Notes: a model not told the origin generated them from the sequence alone. 62,819 bases of DNA, filler included, from Circinaria calcarea (GCA_051942165.1; 13 parts of 13 records of this genome joined end to end with filler, not necessarily neighbours in it), one strand, 5' to 3'. Positions 38,274-50,333 are shown, counted from the whole stretch's first letter. Translations and numbers: made by a program.

Positions 38274-38439
38274 CCAAAACATGCGTGGACGCCGGGGGAA
38301 ATTTGCTGCAAACTGTTTTTTTTAATCTCAATCACAACACTTTTTCCCTAATCCTAACTGTAAGCCCCCTTTTCTTTCACTAACATATGAATTTATTAGT
38401 CAAACGAATTTTACAGAAAGTTCTTCGGCTCCGGGCGAG

Positions 38440-38693
38440 TGTTATGGCGCCAGCACCATAGCATGCACTAAGGACTAAACGGGGCAAGGTCTCGGGACGA
38501 TAGGGACCGAGCTCCGGGTTGCTCACGACGGTGCTCTGTGTAGCCTTAGGGAGCATAGGGAGCTCGTGTGTTGCTTACATAAGACAAGACGGGAGCAACG
38601 GGAGCATAGGGAGCAACCACTGTATATAGACAGGCTATTCGGCGCTCATTAGAATAGCATGTTTATAGAACCATAACGAGTTCAATATATTCC
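38440..38693 (+). mobile_element. LTR, family B, truncated by contig end
   Basis: Starts TGTTATGGCGCCA and shares GGGAGCAAC and CAGGCTATTC..CGCTC.TTAGAATAGC.TG.TTATAG with the reverse complement of 22559-22916. Confidence 0.75.
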
Positions 38694-38793
38694 NNNNNNN
38701 NNNNNNNNNNNNNNNNNNNNNNNNNNNNNNNNNNNNNTTAATTAATTAANNNNNNNNNNNNNNNNNNNNNNNNNNNNNNNNNNNNNNNNNNNN

Positions 38794-38957
38794 GTTGGAA
38801 GTCATAGGGCTTACCGAGTCATGTGTTAGCTTCGGCTAATACACGGTCCATGCTCAACACTCTCTACCCACTCCATAAAAGCATTTTCGGTAGCATAGGT
38901 AGTTATTAAGCAACCTACATAACATCAATGCCACCATACATTCTTGGATGATCAACA
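38794..38957 (+). mobile_element. LTR, family A, at contig start
   Basis: GTTGGAAGTCATAGGGCTTACCGAGTCA...ATCAACA, closely similar to the 37734 copy. Confidence 0.8.
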
Positions 38958-39368
38958 CCACCAAATTGCAACGTCAACATGAACAACAACACAGCAACAA
39001 AAGGCCGCAACCGTCATGGAAACCCTATTTATTTCTATTTCCACCGTTGCCCACCCAGCATAGTTTCTTCCCTTAACTTGGTCCCAAAGCCAAAGCTATG
39101 AATTTATAGTCAGCATATTAATTAAGTTTTTAATCTTACGTTTTTGCGAACCCAGGCATAAATAATGAAAGTTCAGGATGAATTATTGTGAGGCCATAGA
39201 GTACTTTACTTGATTTCACCACACGCCAAGACGCCAACCAAACGAGGTATCGCTACCCCCTAGGCGTAGAGCCTGACATTATTAATTTTCTAATTGCAAC
39301 GAAATCTACTGCATCACTTCTTATCTGTTAGCTTGATATTCTAATCAGTAAGAGGATTCTATTGAGAG

Positions 39369-41288
39369 ATGGACAAAACTACCGCTTGGGCATTTCTCCA
39401 ATCCACGTGGGCTGGGATCGAAGCAGATCGATTAATTTGTTGTCATTGCGGCCATAGAATTGAGTCAGCTCAAGTTTTAGCCAGGACCTTTACCATTGAA
39501 AGTCGAGGCATCTCAAATAGAAAGCCATGCGCAGAGAAAATTCTGGTCCCGCGACTCTCGGATGCAATGATTGTTTATCATAGACACTTGTCGTGTCTTT
39601 TCCAATCTACACGATATATTGCCATATCTCATGTTTGGCACCCATTAGTTGCTGATCTACAATACAAGAAGTCGGCAGCGACATCATCTATAGATTTGGT
39701 CGAACAAATCGTGCGTGAGCTGCCTGTGCGTATCGCTCAAAGTCTGACATCAAGCCTACCTGGTGATTTGGAGATCTGGCACGATTATATAAGTGTTCCT
39801 CAGTGGATAACTGAGCTCAAAGGACAAATCATTTTGTCTATCCCCGAAATTTTCGGCAAAGCCTTCACTACTGTTGCCTATCTTGCAGACATTAATACTA
39901 AAGATGTTCGATCAATGCGAGAAGGGTCGTCGGCACAAGAACGTTGTCGTGGGATTAGTAATCTCTGCAACTCGAGATGGTTCAGTAGAGTATGGACAGC
40001 TATGGAACTTACACAAAGCTGCCGACTAAGAGCAATGCTTCAAGATTTTTCCCTTGTGGCAGATGACACTAATTATCAATCGTTCTTAAAAGAAATTGAA
40101 GCCCGATGGACGGCAGAGAATGAAAAGTTCGGAGTCTCGCATACTGCCGAAGAAATTGTCAAGATGGGCGATAATCTAGTTCCTTGTCAGCTTGGTCCAC
40201 TTTGGTCAGCTAGAGACTTGAATCTGAACGGCATCAGGATCCCATTCGGAACAGCTCACGAATTGCTCGCAAGGAGATGTATCACAAACCATCGAGACTT
40301 TTTTCATGCCATGTTAGGCTTATTGAAGTCGAACTTGACTGAAGCACAGCTAAGCCGGGACACAAACGAAGCGATACAGCACGTGGCTATCAACTGCTTG
40401 AAGGAAGGCGACTTTACTCCACTATTCATGGTGCCTGCCTCAGCCCAGAAGGTCTTTCCAAAGGCCGAAGTGAAGAAATTTGGATATCTGGATATACGAA
40501 CCTTCGCTTTGGGAGACGTACAAGCCCAACCCACGTTCCCAGCTGTGAAATTCCTTTCCATTTACCCAACCATTCAAGCCAAATGTCTTGGCACTATTCA
40601 GTTCATCAAGCAGGTGAAGTGGTTACAAGAAGGTGCTGTTAATTCTCTTGCCATTCTCACGAAGCTTACTTTCGAGTATACTGGTCTTGACGCCAGGGAA
40701 TTTGCAACAACTCTTTGTGTGCGTCTATATAGCCAAAGAGAGGACAGAGTTTTCCAGCACCTATCTAAGGAAAATCGGATGCGGACTCTTTACGAGCAAT
40801 TGAAGAGACTTCATAATGCCTCTCTCAAAGATTCGAACAGTATTGCTACCGAAATCTGTGCGACTCTTGGTCTTTGTGACAGGTCTCTTGGAGGTGGACA
40901 TGGCGGGAGTGTTTTTCCCCCTCCCGAGTATTTAGACGGTCATGGCAGTACCATACACCTAAGCCAATATCGTGCAATAGCCGGTATAACCTGCCTATCC
41001 TGTTATAAAACGTTCTTGATCCTCATAGCCCCGTTTCGGCCCGCGTCGGAGTTGAAGGGTGCCATGGCATATCGTGTGCCAGGCTTAAAGTTCTCGTATT
41101 CAACTGCTGGAAGTGCGGGTTTCATTCTTAAAGAACAACGAATGTCGGGTCGGTTCCTCTGGGGGCTTCCTACATGCCAGTGCCCTAAGATACAAGAGGT
41201 GGAGGTCGCGTTGGAGGATCTGCCTGTGCCACAGCCGAACAACTTTCAATATGGCAACAAAGCCGGGAAAATACCAGGCAAACAATAG
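39369..41288 (+). CDS. HET-domain protein (639 aa, intronless)
   Basis: RYIAISHVW, IWHDYISVPQW, ILSIPEIF and WFSRVWTAME are the HET-domain motifs. The long ORF is uninterrupted. Confidence 0.88.
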   Translation: MDKTTAWAFLQSTWAGIEADRLICCHCGHRIESAQVLARTFTIESRGISNRKPCAEKILVPRLSDAMIVYHRHLSCLFQSTRYIAISHVWHPLVADLQYKKSAATSSIDLVEQIVRELPVRIAQSLTSSLPGDLEIWHDYISVPQWITELKGQIILSIPEIFGKAFTTVAYLADINTKDVRSMREGSSAQERCRGISNLCNSRWFSRVWTAMELTQSCRLRAMLQDFSLVADDTNYQSFLKEIEARWTAENEKFGVSHTAEEIVKMGDNLVPCQLGPLWSARDLNLNGIRIPFGTAHELLARRCITNHRDFFHAMLGLLKSNLTEAQLSRDTNEAIQHVAINCLKEGDFTPLFMVPASAQKVFPKAEVKKFGYLDIRTFALGDVQAQPTFPAVKFLSIYPTIQAKCLGTIQFIKQVKWLQEGAVNSLAILTKLTFEYTGLDAREFATTLCVRLYSQREDRVFQHLSKENRMRTLYEQLKRLHNASLKDSNSIATEICATLGLCDRSLGGGHGGSVFPPPEYLDGHGSTIHLSQYRAIAGITCLSCYKTFLILIAPFRPASELKGAMAYRVPGLKFSYSTAGSAGFILKEQRMSGRFLWGLPTCQCPKIQEVEVALEDLPVPQPNNFQYGNKAGKIPGKQ

Positions 41289-43186
41289 CTGCCGTATGAA
41301 CGGCATTGGACGCGGTCCCAGTACACTTGATTCATCGAGTGGCGTTAGCTCAGCTAGCAATATTATCGGAAGCGTGGGTTCGCGGCTCTTGTACAAGCTG
41401 TCGGTCGGCGGAGTCATCAGCCTAAATGAGTTCTATAATTATACAGTTATCGAGAGCGCAAGCTGAATATTGCGGAACGGCTTGAGAGTTTTTGCACTCC
41501 CTCAAGTCCCGTATCAGCTTTTACGGCAATCACGGAGGCAGGCTAACCAGGCTGACCATGGGTAGAGGTAGGTTGTGATGGTTGGCCAAAGGTAGACATG
41601 GGTTGTGCAGCTTGACCAAAGCCTGATGCGGGCTGACTGGGTTGGGAAAGCTAGATGATCTCTGTGATGACTGGGCAAAGCCCGATACTGATTGGGATGG
41701 CTTTCTAAGTGTAGAGAAAGGGTTAGATGCTTCCAAACAAGCAAGAAACAAGCGCCATAGTCACCGAACACCACCTGCAACTTGTAAAGAAGTTGTTTGA
41801 AGGGGAAGATCTTGTGCAAAGGCTGTTCGACGAAGACGATACAAGGTAGGGGTTGTCCGCAGACCATGGCAAGTTCATGTTTGATTTCTTTGGCCAGGAG
41901 CACTCCCACGCAAACACGTTTTTCACGTCTTCATCTCGGATCCATTGAGAAAATAAAACACTTTCGAAGTCGCATCAGAAGGCCGTCAACAGCAAGCTAC
42001 AAGTGCTGATGAGTCAACAAAGAGCTGTAACGGGATCGCAGAAATACAAAGCCGTTCCATTTCCACCGAGTGCCAGTCCGGCCAACAAGGCGGGCTTACC
42101 TTGAGCGAGGCATATCGTCCCGAGTCCCGAGTCTCTGATTGTAAATTGCGCCAAGTTCCAACCCACCTGTCTTGATTGCTTTTAAAGCCTACACGTCCAC
42201 CGAGTCAATCTAACAACTTTTCCTACCACCAACACCCATCTTTGTCAGCCAGCGCACTCACTTACACCTAACACCCATCCTCCAGTAACCCATGCGGATC
42301 ACACTTGCGACGCGGCTAATCAAGCATACGAGAGCTCGAACGACGCAACCTTGGACATAGGGTTAGGGTTACTAACCCTAAAAACAGGAAGGGAACGACA
42401 GTAACTAGAAGAGAAGGAAAGGGGATGGGAAGGGGGGGGGGGGGCCAGAATCGGCTCCTTTTATAAGTAGCATTCCATGTCGGCTCTCTATCAGCCATCG
42501 TTTAAAGTTGCTCGAAGATATCCTTGGTGCGGGTAAAAGCCACTTATTTCTGCCCCCTGGGGTATAAATTTTGTAGAGATGGGGTTTAAATTTGCAATTC
42601 TTTTTGGGGGGGGGGGGGTCCGGGGTATAAATTTGTAAATGTCCGGATGAAAAAAAAGAATGCTTCGCTGAAGTGGCTCTGGTATTCTTTTTTTCCCATT
42701 GTGCTTTTTTGGGCCGAAGCCATCTAAACTAAAAAGCAAGGGGGTACCCTACGATTTTTCTCTCTCAAAAAGATAAAGCCCCTAATATACAACTTGATTT
42801 TTTTTTGGCAGCCCCATGCAAACATACCCACATGCAAAAGCCGGGGCCGGAGCAGAAATCCCAAAAGCCATCAACAGCCGTTCTAAATAAAACCCGATGC
42901 CCGAATGCAAGCCATGGATCCGGAGAGTCCTGACGTCTCTGACAGCATGTCCTTCGTTAACAAAATTAAATCCCAGAACCCCAGCCCCCCACTCTTTTTC
43001 GCCACAAATATGAGATGAGAAAACATCCATCGCGTTGGGTAAAAGTAATGCTTGCGACATGCATCGAGCAAACAAAATCGTCCCGGTAGTGAAATGTAAA
43101 AAGTACATGGTCCCTAGTGCCCCCCCCCACAACAACTTCATTCATCCATTACACAGTGACTTCTTCCTTCCGTTCAATACGACCGT

Positions 43187-43529
43187 TTACTGGTTGAGAA
43201 ACTCATCCGCCAGACTACGAGCCGTTTCCTCGTCGTCTTCCATGCTCAAGTCCATTCCCCTTTCCTCTAGGGCCTCGCCAGCTTCATTTCTTCCATCGTC
43301 TGTCGTGAAGTCGGCAAATAGATTATCCATGTTACCAGCCGAGTTGTTGTGAGAATGTCCAAAGTGATCTCGAAGCGGACTGACTATTGAACCGTGTGAG
43401 AGTGACTGGGTATGATGTGGTCCAGACACGTTATGCAAAGCCGAGGCCGCAAAGTGACTGTTGGCGGGACTGAACAGACTGGGATCCAACGGCGGGCCCG
43501 ATCTGATCATGGGCGCGTGAGCTGCAAAT
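43187..43529 (-). CDS. 3' end of an unidentified protein (acidic C-terminus)
   Basis: Open frame from the contig edge ending MDNLFADFTTDD...EDDEETARSLADEFLNQ*. Confidence 0.55.
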
Positions 43530-43653
43530 NNNNNNNNNNNNNNNNNNNNNNNNNNNNNNNNNNNNNNNNNNNNTTAATTAATTAANNNNNNNNNNNNNNN
43601 NNNNNNNNNNNNNNNNNNNNNNNNNNNNNTCAAGAAAGAGTCAAAAGATCAAC

Positions 43654-44151
43654 ATGGCGGGATTCTTTAAGAATTTGTTCGAAGCAATCTTCACCCCGGG
43701 GCCTACTCCAACACTTATAGTCGCGACAAACGTCTCTTTTGCAGCTCTACAAGCTCTGTTGCTTGCCCTCTTGGTCGCTACGTACAGCATCCATTTTATC
43801 ATTCTATCCTTTCTGTGTGGGGCATTATGGCTCGCCATCAACTGGTTCGTGACTGAGCTGGCAGCGGCTAAAGAGAAGGAGGCGCACGCAAAAAGGTTGA
43901 AGGATATGAGAAGGGAACGAGATGATAAAATCGCCGACGATAGTGGTACTGAAACGGAGGGTGTGGAGGAAGTTCCTCAGACACCCAAGATCACGAACCA
44001 GCCACCTGCTTTTGCATCAGCATTGTCCCCCGAATCGGCCGAGGACAGCACGATGAAGAAACGACGGAGCTTAGGCGAAGCTTCTGGGGGAGACATGAGC
44101 ACTGATAGTGAGTGGGACAAGGTTGAGGATGAGGAAGACGGTGGGAAATAG
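43654..44151 (+). CDS. PKR1: ER V-ATPase assembly factor Pkr1
   Basis: FFKNLFEAIFTPGPTPTLIVATNVSFAALQ..LLVATYSIHFIILSFLCGALWLAINWFVTEL. Confidence 0.92.
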   Translation: MAGFFKNLFEAIFTPGPTPTLIVATNVSFAALQALLLALLVATYSIHFIILSFLCGALWLAINWFVTELAAAKEKEAHAKRLKDMRRERDDKIADDSGTETEGVEEVPQTPKITNQPPAFASALSPESAEDSTMKKRRSLGEASGGDMSTDSEWDKVEDEEDGGK

Positions 44152-44645
44152 GGATAAGATATGAATCCAAGGCGACCACGACAGCATATACGATAGACGA
44201 GGCATATGGCATATGTTACGGCGCATGGAGTACAGGGCTTGGTAGAGGAGATATCATGTTACCTTGGGCATGGATTCTCTGGTCTATGTCCATGGAAATC
44301 TTAGACTTTCGTACATTGCAAATCGATAACCTTTAGGTCATATCCTTCTTAAGATTCTACAAGCACCTCTCTGAGACTCCTTGAATCTACGGCGCCCACT
44401 CTATTCGCATCGAACACAGAGTAGCGGCTTTACCATGGGTAAACCTTTGATCTGATACCCGATAGCTATTAACCCTAAATGTGAGGATATATAGAAGCCC
44501 AATTTAGTTAGCGTATAATCGGATCTGACCCTTTCCTAAATCCGACTAGAGTGTTTGGCGAAACCTCAAAGTAAATCCATGAAAACCAACCCACGCGCAA
44601 GTGTTCCAGTTATTCGTCTCACCGCAATAGAGACGCTCATCAAAC

Positions 44646-45213
44646 ATGAAGCTCGTTAGGTAAGCCTTCATATCCATCTTCAGCGTCCATAACTGAACTT
44701 TTTGTTCAAGGTCGCTCTCGACGTACCTACACGGCTGACACCCTTTTCCTTTTCGTAGGTTTCTCATGAAATGCGCCAACGAAACCGTCACAATTGAGTT
44801 GAAAAATGGTAAAGCCCCGCCAAGATATTTTCCGTCCTGCAAGTCTCACTCAAAGAGATAAAGGCTGATATGTGCTGCCTGCAGGGACCATTCTCCATGG
44901 CACGATTACCTCCGTCTCCCCTCAGATGAACACCGCACTTCGTGCTGTCAAAATGACTCCTCGTGGTCGTGACCCTATATCTCTCGATACGATCAATATC
45001 CGTGGCTCGACAATCCGTTATTACATCCTACCAGACTCTCTACAATTGGATACACTATTGATTGACGATGCGCCGAAGCCAAAAAATAAGGCAAGGAAGG
45101 AAGCAGCCGATAGAGGAACTAGAGGCGGACGTGGAGGACCCAGAGGTAGAGGAAGAGGTGGTGGGGGTGGTTTCAGGGGCGGCCGAGGGAGAGGAGGGGG
45201 GAGAGGATTCTAA
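44646..45213 (+). CDS. SMD1: snRNP core protein Sm D1
   Basis: Three exons give [49 protein letters not shown] with an RG-rich tail. Confidence 0.96.
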
Positions 45214-45534
45214 GTGACCGACAGTCACGGTCGATAGGCTAGTGGAGATCGAACATTCTACAAAATTCAGTAGGAGACTACAATCTGGGGACGGCGTTGG
45301 GTCGAGTGATCAAGACCAGGAATGTCATACAGCTTGATGAAGTTGAAAGGAACCGTCGGACATGCACTTCCTTCTCGGGTATCCGGACACGTCAAAGGCT
45401 AATATATGTCATGTTACAAGAGTCCATGTCTCTAGATTTGGAACTTCAGGATGAACGGGAGAATGTGGATATTTTAATTTGGATTCGCAGAGACTGTATC
45501 ATGAATTGTTATGGGCTTCACAACTTTGAAGAGT

Positions 45535-46335
45535 CTATGTACACCAAATCCTAATGACCTGCAACTTCTCCCATCCGCTTGTCTTGCCAGACTGCTTAAC
45601 AATCTCGGCTGACATGTTCGAACCCCAAGTCCGGACCCGCTTCATAACATCATCAGGCTTGTTCTGTCTGCAAAGCAAGATATATGCTACTCCTCTGTCT
45701 TTCGTAAGTAAGCTGGGGATTTGCTCCAAAAGTCTATCTGTAACCTCCATGCCATCTATACCACCAGCATAAGAAAGTGACAACAGGCGAGAGTCTTCTA
45801 AATATCTTTGGTCCGAAGAATCTAAAGTCAGTGATGTCTGGTCCGGGTCAGATTCGTAATCCCAAGTTAATGGAGATGTTGGCACATATGGCGGGTTGAA
45901 CACAAGTATATCGACCATTCCAGGCCGAACTGTTCTAGCCAAGTCCGAATTCACAACCCCTAAGCATTTCCCGTATTCTTTTCCCACTCCAGCTCTTTCC
46001 CTACACGCCCGCTTGATTGTTTCTTCCGTTGCTTGACAGGCAAACGGGTTGATATCAGCACCCAAAGTCAGTACGTCTGGCCGACCGAACAGAGTCTCTG
46101 CATGTGCTGTAATGAATGCCAGGACTACCCCTGAGCCAGTGCCTACTTCAAGAATCAGCGGTGTTGGTGAGTTCAATCTATCGTCCGTGTCGATCCTTCT
46201 ATTCGAATTAAAGCGCTGCTTTAGGAATTGAGTCTCGGATGTAGAAGAGAGCGTGTCCAAGAGGAGGAAAGAGTCTTCCGCAGGCTCATAGATACGGTTT
46301 GTGTCTACGTGCGCCGTGGACGGGGTTGGTAGCAT
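45535..46335 (-). CDS. MTQ2: eRF1 glutamine methyltransferase (HemK2/N6AMT1)
   Basis: MLPTPST, YEPAEDSFLLLDTL, EVGTGSG, FNPPYVPT, YAGGIDGMEV and GWEKL. Confidence 0.95.
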   Translation of the reverse strand: MLPTPSTAHVDTNRIYEPAEDSFLLLDTLSSTSETQFLKQRFNSNRRIDTDDRLNSPTPLILEVGTGSGVVLAFITAHAETLFGRPDVLTLGADINPFACQATEETIKRACRERAGVGKEYGKCLGVVNSDLARTVRPGMVDILVFNPPYVPTSPLTWDYESDPDQTSLTLDSSDQRYLEDSRLLSLSYAGGIDGMEVTDRLLEQIPSLLTKDRGVAYILLCRQNKPDDVMKRVRTWGSNMSAEIVKQSGKTSGWEKLQVIRIWCT

Positions 46336-46527
46336 ATCTTAGGCTACCTCTTGTAAAGAGGAATAGAAGAAAGAATAGGGCTATGAAGTTTATACCAGCG
46401 GGAGGTTTCCGCGCGCATGAGGTCATCGTCCCCTCGGTCCGTTTATTCCCAATATTCTGATGCTGCAGATGAGAACATAATATTCATCTTGTAACTCTAA
46501 ACCGTTCATGGTTTCTTACCAGTCAAC

Positions 46528-47037
46528 ATGAAACTATCACCTAGGCTGCTAGCTACGCCAACAGCTGCAGGCTCTACTGCTGGTTTCAAGCCAGCACCGA
46601 TGGCTCTTCTGCCTCCGATTCCACTCTATAGGCGACTACTCCGGACGCACCGAAAATTCCTACCAAAAGAAATGCGATTACTAGGTGACGAATATATCAA
46701 GAGCGAGTTTAAATCTCATCGAAATGTTGATAATCCTGTACATATCGTGAGTTGCTCTGATTCTCTACCATGCTAAGTCGCTAACGCTCGAGCCCTTACA
46801 GATTGGGTTCTTGACGGAATGGCAGATGTACGCTCAAAAGATTGAGGGTGATTCATGGTTGGGAGAAAAGCTTGATGGGGCAAAGATTGATAAGATGAGT
46901 GGTAGGAACCTAGGATCTTGTTGACTCCGGAGTGAACAGCTCTCTAACAACTTTTCCTAGACCAACAGCTTGGGCAGCTTTACGAGCTCATGCAAGCCAT
47001 CCAGAAAAGAGAGCGTGAAAGCAGTGAAGATAGTTGA
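46528..47037 (+). CDS. SDH7: Succinate dehydrogenase assembly factor 3 (ACN9/Sdh7, LYR family)
   Basis: [58 protein letters not shown], with two introns. Confidence 0.93.
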
Positions 47038-47399
47038 AGCGTGTAAATGAATGTACTTTATGTGGGATGGCTACTGCCCTCAACAGTGAATGGACTCCGA
47101 TGACTAGAACCTCGAAGGTCGCCGACAAGTCACTAAACAAGATGAGTCGAAGAGCTATTTGCATTGATTCTCTATCCTCAAAAATGAAGATAATTCTTTC
47201 AGCCAGAGCTCCTCTTCTATCCCCAACCACCCACTCTTCATACCAACTCCTCAACGGAACCGTCAATCGATTCAACGGGACTACTCTCTCAACATACCAC
47301 CGAAACAACCCCAACGACACACCATAGTTCACTTAACCTGACGCAAGTCGGCCGCTGAAAAGCGTCCATTGCCACTGTCCCCATAAACCTATTACCCAA

Positions 47400-47702
47400 A
47401 TGTGTCGAACAGTCCTCCACGCCTCTCACGTCTGCCATCACCAATGGCTCACCATCTCCGAACCCTGCGGAAAAGATGTCAACTTCTCCACCTGCCCCTT
47501 TGTCAACAGCAATCGTGTCTCGTACCACCCTCCACATAGAGGTCCAGCCACGAAGGAACTTTGCCCAAGATGTGCAAACAAGGATGAGTACGACGGGGAT
47601 AAGATTCGGATTGTTAGGAGAATTAATCAGGGGCTTAAAGTTGGGAGAGGGGTGTCGAGAGAGAAAAGGGGAGTAGAGATTATTTGTTGCGTGATATCTT
47701 GA
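47400..47702 (+). CDS. Small Cys/His-rich protein with C-terminal CaaX (CCVIS)
   Basis: 100-aa ORF with MC..CHH.W..C..C..CPRC spacing, a basic stretch and a CCVIS* end. ATG context is AAA-ATG. Confidence 0.65.
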   Translation: MCRTVLHASHVCHHQWLTISEPCGKDVNFSTCPFVNSNRVSYHPPHRGPATKELCPRCANKDEYDGDKIRIVRRINQGLKVGRGVSREKRGVEIICCVIS

Positions 47703-48460
47703 TGGACAGGAAACAAGGAGCAGTACAGATGAGCACTTGGAGAAAGAAGTTAGAGGGCGGTTTTGGGGATTTTCGATCTGCCGGTATTAAGGAGACGACT
47801 TTTGCGGATGGAGCCCGCATATATAGAAGTCGGAAGAGTTTAAGGCTTCGATGTTGGATTTCTCTGCCGGCCGGAAAAGACAAACAGCAGGGGGACGACT
47901 GTGTGGGTATATGCGAAGCTATCTCGTTCCATGATTGCGGGCTCTGGATTCTCGCATGTTAAATAGTTCTGCCAGACTGACGGTTGCGTTGGTTCTATTT
48001 TTGAACTAGCAGCAAGGTAGCTGAATCTCTCCTACTGTGAAAAGCCTATCAAGAAACTTGCAATTCTAGTACCATACAATACCCTCACAAGCACGTTTTG
48101 AAGCTCTGCCTTTCCAAGTAATTCAAGGCGATCATCTCATCTATCGCGTCTCCTCATACAACGCCCCTTCCCTAGCCCAAGCTTTTTTTTGGGCATCGAT
48201 TGCCTACCACATCTCTAGCCAACCCATTTTAAAGCCCTTTCGACCGAATATCCAATTCCCTACCATTACCATTATCAGAAGAAAAAGATTAGATATCTCC
48301 ACCATCCCAAACACCACCCATCCTTCTTTACAGAAATAACCTACAGCACACCGACCCACCNNNNNNNNNNNNNNNNNNNNNNNNNNNNNNNNNNNNNNNN
48401 NNNNTTAATTAATTAANNNNNNNNNNNNNNNNNNNNNNNNNNNNNNNNNNNNNNNNNNNN

Positions 48461-50333
48461 TCTGGCGGTACTAAGGCGGGATTGAAATCAGCCGAAAGTC
48501 GAGTTAGTTCGACGTTCCCACCTTGTGAAATCCTCGAATAGGCGGCTGCGCTATTCGTGGAGTTCTCCAGCTTGTTAATCTCTTCACCCATGATCGCAAG
48601 AGGCGCCCAACCGTACATGGCCCAGGGTCTAATAAAATCATTAGGAGCTGTAGACTCATGGTGGTGGAGGTGAGACTTACAATCCACACAGGGCAATGAG
48701 GGTAGTAGCAAATTCGAAGGATCTTGCCAACGGGGCCAAGATCATCGTCAAACCAAATCCCATTTGGGATAGTCCCCACGCTGTCGTGATGTCGGGTCGA
48801 TATCTTTGTAGTAATCCGACTGTCTTGGCAACGCCTCTGGGCAAGCGTTTACTTGACGTAGAGGTATCATCATCATCGTCATCAGTTGGAGACTCAACAA
48901 CCCAAGGAAGCAGAATAGAGCCAGTAAAGGAAATAAAGGAAAACAAGACAAGGGCCAAGGAACCTCTCCGAGCAATATCCCCAACCACATCGGTTGACTT
49001 CCGAAGCTCTTCGGCCCTACTCGCATCTTCGCGATAGTAGGTTTCCCCAACCCATGTTGTGCCGTAAACTAAAGAGATCAGCTTCGAATGAATAGTATAA
49101 GCAAAGGTAATCTTAGACGTCACGGACCGAAAAATGGGGACCATCCTGTATGAACGAATTTAGTGAACGGTCGCCCAGCAGAGGTGAGGCTCAGGGAAAC
49201 AAACCAATCCAGCACCAAAATGTAATCCAGCACACGGTTCTGATCCTCCTCGGAAGATGAAGTGCTGTTTTCAAGATTGTTGTAAACATCTTCAACACTA
49301 CCGATTTGGCCTTGTCCATACTGCACATCAGTTAGATAACCCATCCACTAGCTATTCTGGTAGGTTCACCTCTCCGAAAGTAGAACGCGCTCTTCTACAC
49401 TGTAACAAGTGACTGTGATGCAAAAGCTCATAGTGGCTGAGGCGATAACACAAACCTGCTTGAACTGACTGGTACCGAGAGTGGTTCCGAAGACCTTCAT
49501 CAAGTCTAATGTGCCGGCGAGGTAGCCTAGGATATGCCCGAGGCCAAGCATCCTGCCAGCTTCCCGAGCTCAATCTTCAGTCGTCCTAGGGGGAAAGGAA
49601 TGACTTACCCCAGGCGGAGCCCAGTTGTTGCTGGGACACGGGAAGTGTATCCACGATCAGACTTCGAGAGGTGGCTTGCACTTCATGGAATCAGTACAGG
49701 CCATCTGAGACAATACGATCCGATAAGAGGGACCAACCAGCATTGATTGCAAAGTCCACAGCATATATACAGAAAATGGCCAACGCCACAGTTGCCTTCT
49801 TCGCCTGCACCAAGATCAGACGGTGCTTTGAATAAAATCCACATATACCGACCAGCGTCTCATCTCGGACGAAAACCCCGACGATCTCGGATGCCCATGC
49901 CAACGTAAGCAAAAAAACTGCCACCAACAGCGAACATGCCAGCATGTATGGTCTTCTCCTGCCCCATCTCGACTTTGACGAGTCCGAGACCGTGCCGATG
50001 ATCGGTTGCACAATCAGCCCTGACAAGGGTGGAGCAATCCAGACGAGGGAGGTTTGGCTCTTGGCTAGACCGAGCTGGAGGAGATATGGGGTAAAGTCTG
50101 CGCAAAATTTGGTTAAATCTGGTCCTAGGCTTCAATGATAGAAAGGAAGGCATACAGGTCATTTCAACGCCCCAAGTGAATCTGTCGCAACGGTTAGGGC
50201 TGGGATTCTTTGGAGTGGTGGGAGGGAGGGCTTACTGGAGACCAATCAGACTAAAGGTCAACATGGCCATCCGATGCGAAGTACTGTAGCCCTTGATGCG
50301 CGGAGATCCCCTCCATGTTGCTTGTTCAGCCAT
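48461..50333 (-). CDS. GPH-family sucrose/alpha-glucoside:H+ symporter (Sut1-like), 3'-truncated
   Basis: Multi-exon gene reading WRGSPRIKG, FTWGVEMT, LVWIAPPLSGLIVQPIIGTVSDSSKSRWGRRRPY, DFAINA and VYGTTWVGE. Confidence 0.92.

Noticed and set aside
35540..41288. Tandem HET gene cluster
   Set aside because: The two HET genes are on different contigs, separated by the linker at 38694-38793.
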